A stretch of 62,334 bases of DNA, filler included, from Actinomycetota bacterium (GCA_025963875.1; 6 parts of 6 records of this genome joined end to end with filler, not necessarily neighbours in it); one strand, 5' to 3'; shown: positions 1 to 10,344, numbered from the whole stretch's first letter. Made by a program: numbers and translations. The notes: a model not told the origin generated them from the letters alone.

Positions 1-2511
1 GGCGGCTCTCTCGACAACAGCCCGTTCACCTTCGCCACCGAGATGCTCGCCCACCGGCACGGGGAGCTTCCCGTCAGCCGCAAGCTGCTCTACCTGGAGC
101 CAGACCCAGTGACGGAGGAGGGCTGGAACATCCCTCCGGAACTACCCGATGCCGGTCAGAACTTCCTCATGCAATTCGTCACGCTCCCCCGCTCCCAGAC
201 GGTCAGTGAGGACCTGCATGCACTCAAAGACCGCAACCGGCTCATCCGCCGGGTCCAGGACGCACTTGCTGCAGCCGAACCCGTTTTCGCCGAACCGCAA
301 GGAGATGTCCAAACGCCGGCGCTGTTGAGAACCCCCGAGGAGCTCTACCGCCAGTACGGGGAGGTCTACCTCGCTTACCGCCGCCTGAAGACGGCCAGCG
401 TCGTCGACGACCTTGCAACGCTCACCGTCCTGGCTGGGGGCCTGGAACCGGACTCCGACGAGTGGGGAGCCGTCCGGGCCCTGGTAAACGCCTGGAGGGG
501 TCAGGAATTCGGGGACGAGGACGACCTGGGGCCTCCCCAACCAGCGCCGGCGCAGAGCCAGCCCCGGCCGAAGTTCGATACGTTCCTCATGCACTACGAC
601 CTGGGCTTCCGGTTGAGGAAAGTGAACTTCGTCGAGCGGGTCGCCTCGGAGCTCGACCGTGCGGTCACCTGGAAGCTCGCCCACCCCGGCTCAGAGAAAC
701 CAGACCGTTGGAACGTGCATGTCGTGCGGGGACTCGACAGGCTACCCCAAGCGCACCTCGGAGACCTGCACGATGACGAAGAGTGGCTCAAGGCCTTTCA
801 GAAGAAGCTTCGCGAGGCTCGCAACAGCCTGACCGAGACCGGGAACGCGCTCTGGCGGGCACGTATCGACGTTTCCGCGAGCACCGACCTTGTGAAGGCC
901 ATCACCGAATCGAAGATCAACCGAAAGGTCATACAGACGTGCTTGCTCGACCCCTCCCGAACCGCCGACGAGCTTTTCAGAAACGCCGGCAAATTCGTAG
1001 AGGAGCACCGCACCAGCTTTCAGGAGATCGGCATAGCGATGCAGCAGTACCTGGACGGCTTCCTGGCCGACCACAAGACGGGCTCAAGCGCCCAGTGGCG
1101 AGCCGAAATCAGCAACCGCGGCGTGGACGCCTCAGAAGGAGGCCAGAAGGCCCTCCAGTGCCTCTCCTTCTATTTCGACAACTACGAGCAGTACGACATG
1201 CTGGTGCTGCCGATCATCTACGGAACCGACGCCGGCGAGTCCGCGCTGGTGGAGATCTTCAGGATCAGCCCGGTGGATGCACCGTCTTTCGGTAGTTGGG
1301 ACCTGAGCCCCAAGAGCCACGTGGCGGGGAACCGCTACAGCCATTTCGGGGCCTTCCTCGAGAAGGTGTGGCGTCAGAACGACGTGATGTGGGGCCGCAT
1401 GGACGCCGCCGGCTGCATCATCGACGCGCTCATGCCGGATTACGAAGACCCCGACAGGCGCCGGGAGGTCCGCGACGAGCTGATCAAGGACGCCCACAAG
1501 GCGATTGTGCGCCAGGAGCTCGGCGAGACCGGCAGGCAGATGCTGACCACCATGCTGCTGGACGAGCTGTCGCAGCAGCAGCCGACAACGGGCGGCAAGG
1601 CGTCCTCCAAGCAGCCCGGCCCAACGGCGGCCGACGTAAAGGCCGCGCAGGCGAAGGCGGCGAGTGATCGCGCCAGAGCTGACCAATTGTTGGCAGCAGC
1701 GGACGTTGCCAAGGCTCGGGCAGGCAAGGCCGCGGCGGCCGGGAGTGCCGACACCGCCAAGCTCGAGGACGCTGAGAGGGTCGCCAGCGCAGAGGCTGCG
1801 AAGGCCCAAGCCGACGCATCGAAGTCTGCGACCGCGGCCCGCGACAAAGCCGTGGGCGCGGCCGTGGCGGCCGTGCTGAAGCGCGTGGATGATGCAAAGA
1901 CGGGCACGAAGCTGCAGCAACTCCTGACCGCGGCGCTCGGGGAGGCGGATCTGCTGGACTACGTCACCCGAACGCAGCAGACGGAATGGAAGCTCCCCCC
2001 GGCCGACGAGTTGGTGATCGCCACTCGCGGCACCCACGTCCTCGGCGAGGTGCTCAAGGGGATGTCGACCAGCAAGGGTGCTCTGGCCAGGCCCGGCGCC
2101 TGGATATCTCTGGTCGGCAGGATGGGTTCTGGCGTCGCCGAGGTGGCGCTCAACCGGAGCATCGGGCATCTGCTGCGGTGGCACTGGCTGGCGCTCGTCG
2201 TCACCTTCGTGGGGCTGACCATTGTCGGGGGCCTCACCACCAGCACCCCGGCGGTCACCCAGTTCGGTCTGATGGCCCTGCTGGGGACGGTGCTCGCAGC
2301 GGGTGCGGTATGGAGCATGTCGCAAGTCTCCAAGAGTCGACGCCGGTGGGTGATCTTCCCGGTGGCCGCGCTCGTCGTGGTGGTCGGCGGCCTGATGGCC
2401 CTCGGCGTGGTGGAGCTTGTCCATCTCGGCAAGCAGCACAGCTGGATCCCTGTGTTCGGGCAGTCGACCCCTGGCCGCTCACCCTCGCCCTCCTCGACGC
2501 CTTCCCCTTGA
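1..2511 (+). CDS. Patatin-like phospholipase / DUF3376 protein, 5'-truncated, with C-terminal TM helices
   Basis: Frame is open from base 1: GGSLDNSPF (patatin DGGxLDNxPF motif), RKLLYLEPDP, HFGAFLEKVWRQNDVMWGRMD (DUF3376-type); hydrophobic C-terminal helices. Confidence 0.75.
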   Translation, partial: GGSLDNSPFTFATEMLAHRHGELPVSRKLLYLEPDPVTEEGWNIPPELPDAGQNFLMQFVTLPRSQTVSEDLHALKDRNRLIRRVQDALAAAEPVFAEPQGDVQTPALLRTPEELYRQYGEVYLAYRRLKTASVVDDLATLTVLAGGLEPDSDEWGAVRALVNAWRGQEFGDEDDLGPPQPAPAQSQPRPKFDTFLMHYDLGFRLRKVNFVERVASELDRAVTWKLAHPGSEKPDRWNVHVVRGLDRLPQAHLGDLHDDEEWLKAFQKKLREARNSLTETGNALWRARIDVSASTDLVKAITESKINRKVIQTCLLDPSRTADELFRNAGKFVEEHRTSFQEIGIAMQQYLDGFLADHKTGSSAQWRAEISNRGVDASEGGQKALQCLSFYFDNYEQYDMLVLPIIYGTDAGESALVEIFRISPVDAPSFGSWDLSPKSHVAGNRYSHFGAFLEKVWRQNDVMWGRMDAAGCIIDALMPDYEDPDRRREVRDELIKDAHKAIVRQELGETGRQMLTTMLLDELSQQQPTTGGKASSKQPGPTAADVKAAQAKAASDRARADQLLAAADVAKARAGKAAAAGSADTAKLEDAERVASAEAAKAQADASKSATAARDKAVGAAVAAVLKRVDDAKTGTKLQQLLTAALGEADLLDYVTRTQQTEWKLPPADELVIATRGTHVLGEVLKGMSTSKGALARPGAWISLVGRMGSGVAEVALNRSIGHLLRWHWLALVVTFVGLTIVGGLTTSTPAVTQFGLMALLGTVLAAGAVWSMSQVSKSRRRWVIFPVAALVVVVGGLMALGVVELVHLGKQHSWIPVFGQSTPGRSPSPSSTPSP

Positions 2512-2520
2512 CCGCCTGGG

Positions 2521-3348
2521 TCAGGCCTCCAACCCGTAGACCTTCCGGCTGACGTCTGCCCACTGCTCCCCCGTCATGGTCGCCGCCGCCTGGATGGCCG
2601 CCTTCGCATCGGGCCCGACGGGTACGTGGACGGGGCTGGATGGGTCGTCAACGGCGGCGGCGATGGCCTGCGCAACGTCGGCCGGGTCGCCGCCCATCTC
2701 GACGTTGGCGTGGTACCAGCCTGCGATGAGCCGCTCCATCTCCGTGTAGGGCGACGCCGAAGGCAGCGGGCGGCCCTTGCGGACCACGGAGGTGGCGAAG
2801 AAGCCCGGCTCGATGCAGACCACGCGGATCCCGAAGGGACGGAGCTCCTCCGCAAGTGAGTCCGAGAGCGCTCCTGCAGCATGCTTGCTGGCAGCGTACG
2901 CCCAGTTGGCCGGTGAGGCGGGAAGCCGACCGGCCATGGAGGAGACGTTGACGATCACGCCCCCGCCCCGCTCCCGCATGCCCGGCAGGACTGCCTGGAC
3001 CATGCGGACCTGGCCGAAGACGTTGGTCTCGAACACGCCCCTGGCGTCCTCGATGCCGAGGGTCTCGACCGCTCCCATATGCGCCACGCCCGCGTTGTTG
3101 ACGAGGACGTCGATGCGGCCCTCGGCCTCGAGGACGTGGTCGACCGCTGCCTTCACGGAGGCGTCGTCCGTCACGTCCAGGGGGAGCGTCCTGAGCTCCA
3201 GGTGCTCGGCCTCGACGGCCGCCGAGAGACCGCCCGCGTCGGCGGGGTTCCGCATGGTGGCCCAGACGCTGTCACCCCGGCGAGCGAAGGCGAGCGCCGT
3301 CGCCAGACCGAACCCGCTGCTGCACCCCGTGATCACGACGACTGCCAT
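2521..3348 (-). CDS. Short-chain dehydrogenase/reductase
   Basis: TGCSSGFG, NNAG, YAASK motifs; AAGGAG RBS. Confidence 0.92.
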   Translation of the reverse strand: MAVVVITGCSSGFGLATALAFARRGDSVWATMRNPADAGGLSAAVEAEHLELRTLPLDVTDDASVKAAVDHVLEAEGRIDVLVNNAGVAHMGAVETLGIEDARGVFETNVFGQVRMVQAVLPGMRERGGGVIVNVSSMAGRLPASPANWAYAASKHAAGALSDSLAEELRPFGIRVVCIEPGFFATSVVRKGRPLPSASPYTEMERLIAGWYHANVEMGGDPADVAQAIAAAVDDPSSPVHVPVGPDAKAAIQAAATMTGEQWADVSRKVYGLEA

Positions 3349-3426
3349 GGCTGCACTCCTTCTCGTGGACTCAGAATCTCCACAGCCGCGACTGTCAGTT
3401 TAGGAGGGATAGATTGGAGATCGAAA

Positions 3427-5076
3427 ATGCTCACCACCCCCCGCCGCCGCCTCGCCTGCGTGCTGCTGGCAGCCGGCATGCTGGTCGCTGCCTGCACCGG
3501 CCGCAAGCAGCTGGCCACTCCGTCCCCGTCCGCACCGTCGACCGCGACGGGGACCGCCGGCGACGCCGCGTCGCCGACGGCGACCGCTACGGGCTCTTCT
3601 CCCACCGCCGGCGCGGCGTCTCCGGGTGCCGCCTCGATCCCTGCCCCGCCGACGCTGACCTGGCGACCCTGCCCGCCGGGAGCGTTCCAGTGCTCCACGA
3701 TCGCAGTCCCCCTCGACTGGTCACATCCGTCCAGCGGCACCAAGGTGCAGCTGTCGCTCATCCGTCTCCCGGCGTCGGGGGCCACGAGCCAGCGCATCGG
3801 CTCCCTGTTCGTGAATCCCGGGGGCCCCGGCGCCTCGGCTGTCGACTTCGCACGCCAGATCGGCGGCGTCCTGCCCACTCCCATCCTTCGCCGCTTCGAC
3901 GTCGTGGCCTTCGACCCCCGGGGCATGGGGGGCAGCTCACCGTTGTCGTGCGAGAACGGTCCCAGCCTCGACACCTATCTCTCCCTCAACCCCAACCCGA
4001 GCAGCCCCGCCGAGATCCAGACGGTGATCGCCGCCGACCAGCAGTTCGCAGCGGGTTGCACCAAGCAGTACGGGCCCAGCTTCCTCGCCCACATCGACAC
4101 GAGGACGGCGGCCCGGGACATGGACTACATCCGGGCAGCGCTCGGCGAGGCCACGATCACCTACGTCGGGTACTCCTACGGGACCTTCCTGGGCGCCCAG
4201 TACGCCGAGCTGTTTCCCACCCATGTGCGGGCCTTCGTGCTCGACGGTGCCGTCGATCCCGCCCTGATCGGCCTGCAGTTCGACGTGGCCCAGGCGGTGG
4301 GCTTCGACAAGGAACTCGGCGACTTCTTCAACGCCTGCGTGCAGGGCTGCCCCTTCTACTCCGGCGGGGACCCCAAGGGGGCGTTCATGTCGCTCATGAG
4401 CCAGATCACGGCGCATCCGCTGGCGGTCGGCAACAGGCAGCTCACCCTGGCCCTCTTCCTGAACGGCGTCGCCGACGCCCTCTACACGCCGTCGACGTGG
4501 CCCGACCTCCAGGTCGCCCTGGCTGCAGGGGCGCAGGGCAACGGGTCCAAGCTGCTGGCGCTGTCCGACGACCTGACCGAGCGCCAGGCGGACGGCAGCT
4601 ACAACTCGTTGTCCTCCGCCCTGCCCGCCGTCAACTGCGTCGACAGCGTCTACCCCACCAACCTCGACGAGTACAAGGCGAAGGCCGCCGAGGCCGCCAA
4701 GGTGGCCCCCGTCTTCGGGCCGGCGATCGTGTGGGGCAGCCTCGTCTGCGCCTACTGGCCGGTGCCCGCTGCCTTCCAACCCGGCCCGGTCCATGCCGCC
4801 GGCGCCCCGCCCATCCTCGTCATCGGCACCACGGCCGACCCGGCCACCCCGTACGAGTGGGCGCAGTCCCTGGCCTCCGAGCTCTCCTCCGGCGTCCTGC
4901 TCACCCACGTGGGCGAGGGCCACACCTCGCTCGGCCAGGGCAGCGGCTGCGTCGACAACGTGGTGGTGACCTACCTGCTCAACCTCACGCCGCCGGCGAA
5001 GAACTCCTCCTGCGGGAACGGCAACGGCGCCCCCACGCAATCACCGGGGACCGGGACGGTGGCATTCCGCCAGTAG
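3427..5076 (+). CDS. Secreted/lipoprotein alpha/beta hydrolase (tripeptidyl aminopeptidase TAP-like)
   Basis: Lipobox LVAAC, NPGGPG, FDPRG, GYSYG nucleophile elbow, DPATPY, GEGH. Confidence 0.88.
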   Translation: MLTTPRRRLACVLLAAGMLVAACTGRKQLATPSPSAPSTATGTAGDAASPTATATGSSPTAGAASPGAASIPAPPTLTWRPCPPGAFQCSTIAVPLDWSHPSSGTKVQLSLIRLPASGATSQRIGSLFVNPGGPGASAVDFARQIGGVLPTPILRRFDVVAFDPRGMGGSSPLSCENGPSLDTYLSLNPNPSSPAEIQTVIAADQQFAAGCTKQYGPSFLAHIDTRTAARDMDYIRAALGEATITYVGYSYGTFLGAQYAELFPTHVRAFVLDGAVDPALIGLQFDVAQAVGFDKELGDFFNACVQGCPFYSGGDPKGAFMSLMSQITAHPLAVGNRQLTLALFLNGVADALYTPSTWPDLQVALAAGAQGNGSKLLALSDDLTERQADGSYNSLSSALPAVNCVDSVYPTNLDEYKAKAAEAAKVAPVFGPAIVWGSLVCAYWPVPAAFQPGPVHAAGAPPILVIGTTADPATPYEWAQSLASELSSGVLLTHVGEGHTSLGQGSGCVDNVVVTYLLNLTPPAKNSSCGNGNGAPTQSPGTGTVAFRQ

Positions 5077-5077
5077 C

Positions 5078-5476
5078 TCAGCCGCCGGGCGGCTCGTACT
5101 CCTCGGCCGTCACCTCACGGTCGTCGCCCCAGTCGGTCTTGGCGCCCGGGTTGAACGCCACATGGATCATGTAGCCGTCCGGCCCGGCGCCGTGCCAGTG
5201 CCACTGGCCGGGCGGCGTGTAGACGACGTCCCCGGGGCCGGCCTCCACGGCCGGCTCACCCTCGGCCCCCGTACGGGCCGTCCCGGCGAGGATCATGAGC
5301 GACTGACCTCCCGGGTGGGTGTGCCAGTGGGTCCGGGAGCCGGGCTCGAAGAAGACCCGGTAGATGCGGAGTCCGTCGGCGCCACCCTGCTCGAGCAGGG
5401 GATCAAGCCAGACCCTCCCGCTGAAATGGTCGGAGCCGAACAACGACGTCACCTTGCTCGCTGGATGCACCTCCAT
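5078..5476 (-). CDS. Cupin domain protein
   Basis: FEPGSRTHWHTHPGGQ and PPGQWHWHGA cupin motifs. Confidence 0.88.
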   Translation of the reverse strand: MEVHPASKVTSLFGSDHFSGRVWLDPLLEQGGADGLRIYRVFFEPGSRTHWHTHPGGQSLMILAGTARTGAEGEPAVEAGPGDVVYTPPGQWHWHGAGPDGYMIHVAFNPGAKTDWGDDREVTAEEYEPPGG

Positions 5477-5499
5477 CGGCAGCCTCCTGTCTGGGTCCC

Positions 5500-6291
5500 T
5501 CAGTTGAAGCGCGCCCGAAGCCGCTGCGCCGCTGCCCGCAGTTCCTCTTCCTCGTGCGGCTCGGCGACCGCACGGTCCTCCAACTCCCGGGCGGCCTCCA
5601 GGAATCTTCCCTGCAGCTCTAAGGCCGATGCGAGGGCCAGCACCTCCCGCGTGCCGGCGTTGGGAAGGGCCAGGCGCATCCGGGTCACCCATTCGAGATC
5701 GATGCCCGACTGGCGGAACTCGTAGACGACCGCCAGGTTGGCAAGCATCCGGGACAGGACGGCGTGCGGGCCGACGACCGGGAGGAGGTGGGAGCCGAAT
5801 GCCACCTCGGGGCCGCTGCCGGTGGACTCCCGGAAGCGGGCCTCACATCCGGCCAGGTCGATCAATTCACCCCCGCCGAAGGCATCGAGCCAGATGCCGC
5901 CGGCGGGAACCCCGACGAGGAAGTGCCCCGGCATGCCGACGGCCTCGAGAGCGATGCCGGCCCGGCGGCCGACCTCGATGGCCAGCACCGAAAGCGTGAT
6001 GGGGATGCCGAGGCGCCGCGCGATCACTCGGTGCAGGAACGAGTTCTCGGGGTCGTAGTAGTTGCGGATGTCCCCCCGGAAGCCGAGCTCGCCGAACAGG
6101 CGGTGGCGCAGAGCGCCGAGGTCGGCAAGCCTGGCTGCGTAGCCGTCGAGCTCGTCGAGCCAGCGGGACGGGTCCACGCCGGGATCGCCGGCCGCCCCGA
6201 TCAGCAGCACCGCCTCGGCGAGGTCGATGCTCCGCTCGGGGAGAGCCGCCATCTCTGCGAAGCGACCCAGCGCCTCCATGCGGGATCCCAC
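5500..6291 (-). CDS. SirB1-like transglutaminase-core/TPR protein
   Basis: YYDPENSFLHRVIARRLGIPITLS, GMPGHFLV; GTG start 6 nt after TACTAT (leaderless); ATG 6279 is an alternative start. Confidence 0.82.
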   Translation of the reverse strand: MGSRMEALGRFAEMAALPERSIDLAEAVLLIGAAGDPGVDPSRWLDELDGYAARLADLGALRHRLFGELGFRGDIRNYYDPENSFLHRVIARRLGIPITLSVLAIEVGRRAGIALEAVGMPGHFLVGVPAGGIWLDAFGGGELIDLAGCEARFRESTGSGPEVAFGSHLLPVVGPHAVLSRMLANLAVVYEFRQSGIDLEWVTRMRLALPNAGTREVLALASALELQGRFLEAARELEDRAVAEPHEEEELRAAAQRLRARFN

Positions 6292-6346
6292 GGTCGCATA
6301 GTATGAAGCCTCAAGGACATCTCTTCGGAAAGGCTCCCAACGAGCC

Positions 6347-7412
6347 GTGACTTCACTGACGGATGAATCCGCCAGCTTCTTCTCAAGCGACGTCGGACTG
6401 CTCCGGCGCAGCCAGAAGGGCCAGCCCGGCCCCGAGAACGTTGCACGCCCCGACGGTATCCGCATGCGCCGTGTAGCCGCACGCGAGGCATCGGAAGACC
6501 GTGCCGACGCGGTTGCCACCCTGGACGTGCCCACAACTCAGGCACGTCTGGGAGGTGTACCGGGGGTCCACGGCGATCAGTCTCCGGCCAGCCTCTTCCG
6601 CTTTGCCGGTAAGGATCGACCGGAACTGTCCCCAGCCCGCGTCGAGGATAGCCTTGTTCAGTCCCGCTTTCTGGGCCACGTTTGTGCCTGGCTCCTCGAC
6701 GGTGCCGCTGGCGGAGGCCGTCAAGTTGTGGATCCGGAGGTCCTCGATGCAGATGACGTCGTGGTAGGTGATCAGATGCCGGGCCACCTTGTGATGGAAG
6801 TCGCGGCGCTGGTTGGCGATCCTGCGGGAGCGGTTAGCCACGGTTTCCCGGGCCGCCCTGCGGTTGTTCGACCCCCGCTTCTTGCGGGCGAGGACCCGCT
6901 TGGCGTCGGCCAGCGCATCGGCTCCGACCTTGCCGTACCGGGGGTTCTCCACGAACGCCCCGTCGGAGGTGGCGATGAAGGTGGTGATCCCGACGTCGAT
7001 GCCGACAGGGCGGTTGGCGGCGGGCAGAGGCTTCGCCGGCACTTGGTCACAGGAGAAGATGACATACCACCGACGGCCCTCCCGCTTGACCGTGATGGTC
7101 TTGACGACGCCCTGCATCGGGCGGTGCATGCTCACCTTCACGTCCCCGATGCCCTGGAGGTAGACCCGCCGGGCCTGCGGCTTCCAGCGGCAGCCATCCC
7201 CGTCCTTGGGCCATTCAACGGAGTCGAAGCGGTGGGAGGCCTTGAAGCGGGGGTAGCCCGGCTCCTCGGCCCCCTCCTTGCACCGCTTGAAGAAGGCGAC
7301 AAAGGCACGGTTCAGCTGACGCAGGGTGGCCTGCTGGGACGAGAACGACCACCGGGCATCCTCGGGCGACTCCGCTCGAATCTCCTTGAGCTGGGCCGAC
7401 TGCGTGCCGTAG
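6347..7412 (-). mobile_element. IS200/IS605-family element, right part (left end lost at contig edge)
   Basis: tnpB followed on the minus strand by GAAGCTGGCGGATTCATCCGTCAGTGAAGTCAC: subterminal hairpin CTGGCGGA-TTCA-TCCGTCAG and terminal TCAC. Confidence 0.8.
6383..7411 (-). CDS. tnpB: RNA-guided endonuclease TnpB, 5'-truncated
   Basis: Frame open to the contig edge (PGYPRFK); RuvC GIDVG / IEDL / ADTVGACN; Zn finger TSQTCLSCG..FRCLACG. Confidence 0.93.
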   Translation of the reverse strand, partial: YGTQSAQLKEIRAESPEDARWSFSSQQATLRQLNRAFVAFFKRCKEGAEEPGYPRFKASHRFDSVEWPKDGDGCRWKPQARRVYLQGIGDVKVSMHRPMQGVVKTITVKREGRRWYVIFSCDQVPAKPLPAANRPVGIDVGITTFIATSDGAFVENPRYGKVGADALADAKRVLARKKRGSNNRRAARETVANRSRRIANQRRDFHHKVARHLITYHDVICIEDLRIHNLTASASGTVEEPGTNVAQKAGLNKAILDAGWGQFRSILTGKAEEAGRRLIAVDPRYTSQTCLSCGHVQGGNRVGTVFRCLACGYTAHADTVGACNVLGAGLALLAAPEQSDVA

Positions 7413-7512
7413 NNNNNNNNNNNNNNNNNNNNNNNNNNNNNNNNNNNNNNNNNNNNTTAATTAATTAANNNNNNNNNNNNNNNNNNNNNNNNNNNNNNNN
7501 NNNNNNNNNNNN
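7413..7512. other. Artificial contig linker
   Basis: N runs around TTAATTAATTAA. Confidence 0.99.
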
Positions 7513-8430
7513 CTCGCCGCTCTCGGCCCCCTGGATCACCCGGTGGTCGTAGGTGCTCGTGAGGGTGAGGACCTTCCCGACGCCGAGATCCGCCAGGGCG
7601 CTCAGGTCGGCCCCGGCGAACTCGGCTGGGTAGTCGATCGACCCGACCCCGATGATGGCTGCCTGCCCCGCCATCAGCCTGGGCACGGAGGCGAGGGTGC
7701 CGATCGTGCCGGGATTGGTGATGGTGACGGTGGTACCGCCGAAGTCATCGGGCTTGAGGCTCCCGGCGCTCACCTTGCGGATCAGGTCCTCGTAGGCGGC
7801 GAAGAACGCGGCGAATTCGAGCGACTCGGCCCCGCGGATGTTCGGCACCAGCAGCGCGCGGGTCCCGTCGGCCTTCTTCACGTCCACGGCGAGACCCAGG
7901 TTGACGTGCGGGTTGCGGATCACGTTCGGCCGGCCGTCGACCTCGCGGAAGATCGAGTTCATGGCGGGGACATCGGCGAGCGCCCTGGCGACCGCCCACC
8001 CGATGAGATGGGTGAAGCTCACCTTGCCGCCGCCCGTTCGTTGCAGGTAGGCGTTCAGGATCGTCCGGTTGACCTCGAGAAGGCGGGCGGGGACGGCACG
8101 CATCGAGGTGGCGGTCGGCACGCCGAGGCTCTCCTCCATGCGCTCGGCCTGCACGGCCGCCGCCCCCCGCAGGGCGATGACCTCGGCTGGGGCCTCGCCA
8201 TTCGGCACGAGGTCGGACGGGACCGGTATCCGCTCGGGCACGGGTGTCGGCGATCGCTGGGCGGGGGTGGTCGAGGGGGCCTCGCTGAGGCGGGTCCGGG
8301 GCTGGTAGTCGGCGAAGAACTCCTGCCAGGCCTCTCCGACGGATGTGGGGTTGTCGAGGTAGGCCCGGTGCATCTCGTCGATGAGCCAGGTGTTGGGGCC
8401 GAACTCCGCCCGGTCAAGCTTCTGTGCCAT
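7513..8430 (-). CDS. kgd: Multifunctional 2-oxoglutarate decarboxylase/dehydrogenase, N-terminal part (3'-truncated)
   Basis: FGPNTWLIDEM..WQEFFADY N-terminus; GGKVSFTHLIG; LTSTYDHRVIQGAESGE acyltransferase motif. Confidence 0.9.
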
Positions 8431-8444
8431 TACCTATTCCTACC

Positions 8445-9209
8445 TCAGATGACCAGGGTGCCCGTCCTGAGCTCCTGCTCGAACATCTCAGCAATCACAT
8501 CGTACGCATCCGGGTGCCGGCCGTCGTCCAGCGGGATCAGCGTAACGTCCCTCCCGCGGGCTCGGGCGACGGCGAGGGCGGTGTCGTTGGTGTCCATGCA
8601 CGCGATGACCGGGATGCCCCGGGCTACGGAGGCCCCCGCGAACCCGTGGTCGGCGAAGACCAGGTCCGGCCGCTCCCCGGCGTCCAGGACCTTCTCCATC
8701 GGGAGGGGGGAGTGGGTGTGGAGACCGCGCACGCCGTCGGTCACCGCACCGACGCCCTGCAGGTACCGGTAGATGCGGCGGGCGCCGACCAGTGTCACCC
8801 CCATCTCGTCGAGCGGCCGGATGACCTTTCCTCCCGCCGCCGTGATGGCCTCCACCAGCCGTGCGTGGTGGTTGAGGAGCGGGCCGGGGTGCCCGCTGGC
8901 GACGATGATCGTGGCGCCGTTCCGGCAGGCCTCGCCCAGCCGGGCCGACGCTGCCTGCACGCCGGCGATCGTGGCTTCCGGGTCGATGTAGGGCTCGCCG
9001 GGCTCCCGTGCGCCCGTGACGGCTGCGACCGCGTCGAGGCCCTCCTCGGTGGTGGCGCTGGCGAGGTCCGCCATCCCGAACGTCGAGTCGGGCTCCCCCG
9101 AAGCGAGCTGGCTCGCCTTGAGGACGTTGTCCTCCTTCTGATGGGAGCGGTGCGGTCCGGCAACGCCGCCCTGGAGGAGCCGGGCGGTGATCTCCTCGCG
9201 TGCCGTCAT
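8445..9209 (-). CDS. Actinobacterial 'phosphatase'-family protein
   Basis: ASGHPG, LHTHSPLPM, PDLVFADHGFAG, IPLDDG. Confidence 0.7.
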   Translation of the reverse strand: MTAREEITARLLQGGVAGPHRSHQKEDNVLKASQLASGEPDSTFGMADLASATTEEGLDAVAAVTGAREPGEPYIDPEATIAGVQAASARLGEACRNGATIIVASGHPGPLLNHHARLVEAITAAGGKVIRPLDEMGVTLVGARRIYRYLQGVGAVTDGVRGLHTHSPLPMEKVLDAGERPDLVFADHGFAGASVARGIPVIACMDTNDTALAVARARGRDVTLIPLDDGRHPDAYDVIAEMFEQELRTGTLVI

Positions 9210-10219
9210 ACCTGCAGCTTCGCAGGGGTTGCGGTCAACGTCAGCATCTTGCCGTTGCGGTAGATGTTCACGGCGACGCTGCGGCCGATCACCTCGTCGA
9301 CCATCACCCGCTGCAGATCGCCGGCGGTGCGGATCGGGGATCCGTCGATGTCGAGGATCAGGTCCTCCGGCCGGATGCCCGCCTTGGCCGCCGGCGCACC
9401 ATCGAAGACCTCGACCACCTCCACGCCCGAGCGACGCCCGATCTCTTCGGCGAGCCGGGGTGGCAGCGGGCGGGGGCCGACGGCGACGCCCAGGTAGGCC
9501 CGGTGGAAACGGCCATCGCGCATCAGCGCCCCGATGATGCGGCGCGTGGTGGCGTTGATCGGCACGGCCAGACCCAGGCCAATGCCGGCAACCGCGGTGT
9601 TGATGCCGACGACCCTCCCCCGCCCGTCGGCAAGCGCCCCGCCGGAGTTGCCGGGGTTGAGGGCGGCGTCGGTCTGGATGACATTCTCGACCAGCCGGGT
9701 GGCGGCGCCCTCCCTCGTGGGGAAGGACCGGCCGAGGGCGCTGACCACGCCCGCGGTCACCGAGCCGGCGAACCCGAGGGGATTGCCGATGGCGACGACG
9801 AGCTGGCCGACCCGCAGGCCGTCGGCGTCGCCGAGGGTGGCGGCCGTGAGGTCGGACGCAGCCGCCCGTATGACGGCGAGGTCGGACAGGGGGTCCGCGC
9901 CGATGATCTCGAAGTCGATCTCACGCCCGTCGGTGAAGGAGGCGCTGCCTCGCTCGGCCCCCGCGATGACGTGGGCCGACGTGATGAGGAACCCGTCGGG
10001 CGTGATGACGACCCCCGAGCCCGCTCCTTCGGCGGCCCGGCCGCTCCGGGTACGGCGGCGGACCTTGAGGCTCGCCACCGAGGGGATGAGCAGCTCGGCG
10101 ACGCTCGTGACGACGGTGGAGTACGCGTCGAGGGCCTCGGCGTCGCTGGGCTGGACGGCGCTGTCGCCGGACGGCGGCTCACTACCGAGGAGGGCATCGA
10201 TGAACCGGATAGAGGTCAT
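9206..10219 (-). CDS. HtrA/S1C serine protease with PDZ domain
   Basis: GSGVVI, TSAHV, DLAVI, IQTDAALNPGNSGG; C-terminal PDZ. Confidence 0.93.
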   Translation of the reverse strand: MTSIRFIDALLGSEPPSGDSAVQPSDAEALDAYSTVVTSVAELLIPSVASLKVRRRTRSGRAAEGAGSGVVITPDGFLITSAHVIAGAERGSASFTDGREIDFEIIGADPLSDLAVIRAAASDLTAATLGDADGLRVGQLVVAIGNPLGFAGSVTAGVVSALGRSFPTREGAATRLVENVIQTDAALNPGNSGGALADGRGRVVGINTAVAGIGLGLAVPINATTRRIIGALMRDGRFHRAYLGVAVGPRPLPPRLAEEIGRRSGVEVVEVFDGAPAAKAGIRPEDLILDIDGSPIRTAGDLQRVMVDEVIGRSVAVNIYRNGKMLTLTATPAKLQV

Positions 10220-10270
10220 GACCCAAGGCTACCACCAGGGGAATTCGAGCCGTTTGTCGCCACTTGGCCG

Positions 10271-10321
10271 TGGGCCGGGGCGGATTGTTCCCGCCTATCG
10301 AGAAGAATCCGCCCCGCCCCA
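10271..10321. repeat. 51-nt imperfect palindrome directly upstream of an AbiEi/DUF559 gene
   Basis: TGGGCCGGGGCGGATT...AATCCGCCCCGCCCCA arms, central CCTATCG. Confidence 0.6.
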
Positions 10322-10344
10322 ACCCATTACACTTATCTGCATAT

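Noticed and set aside
7413..7512. TTAATTAATTAA within N runs (five occurrences)
   Set aside because: Artificial six-frame-stop linker; genes across linkers are not neighbours and ORFs ending in X..LIN are artefacts.
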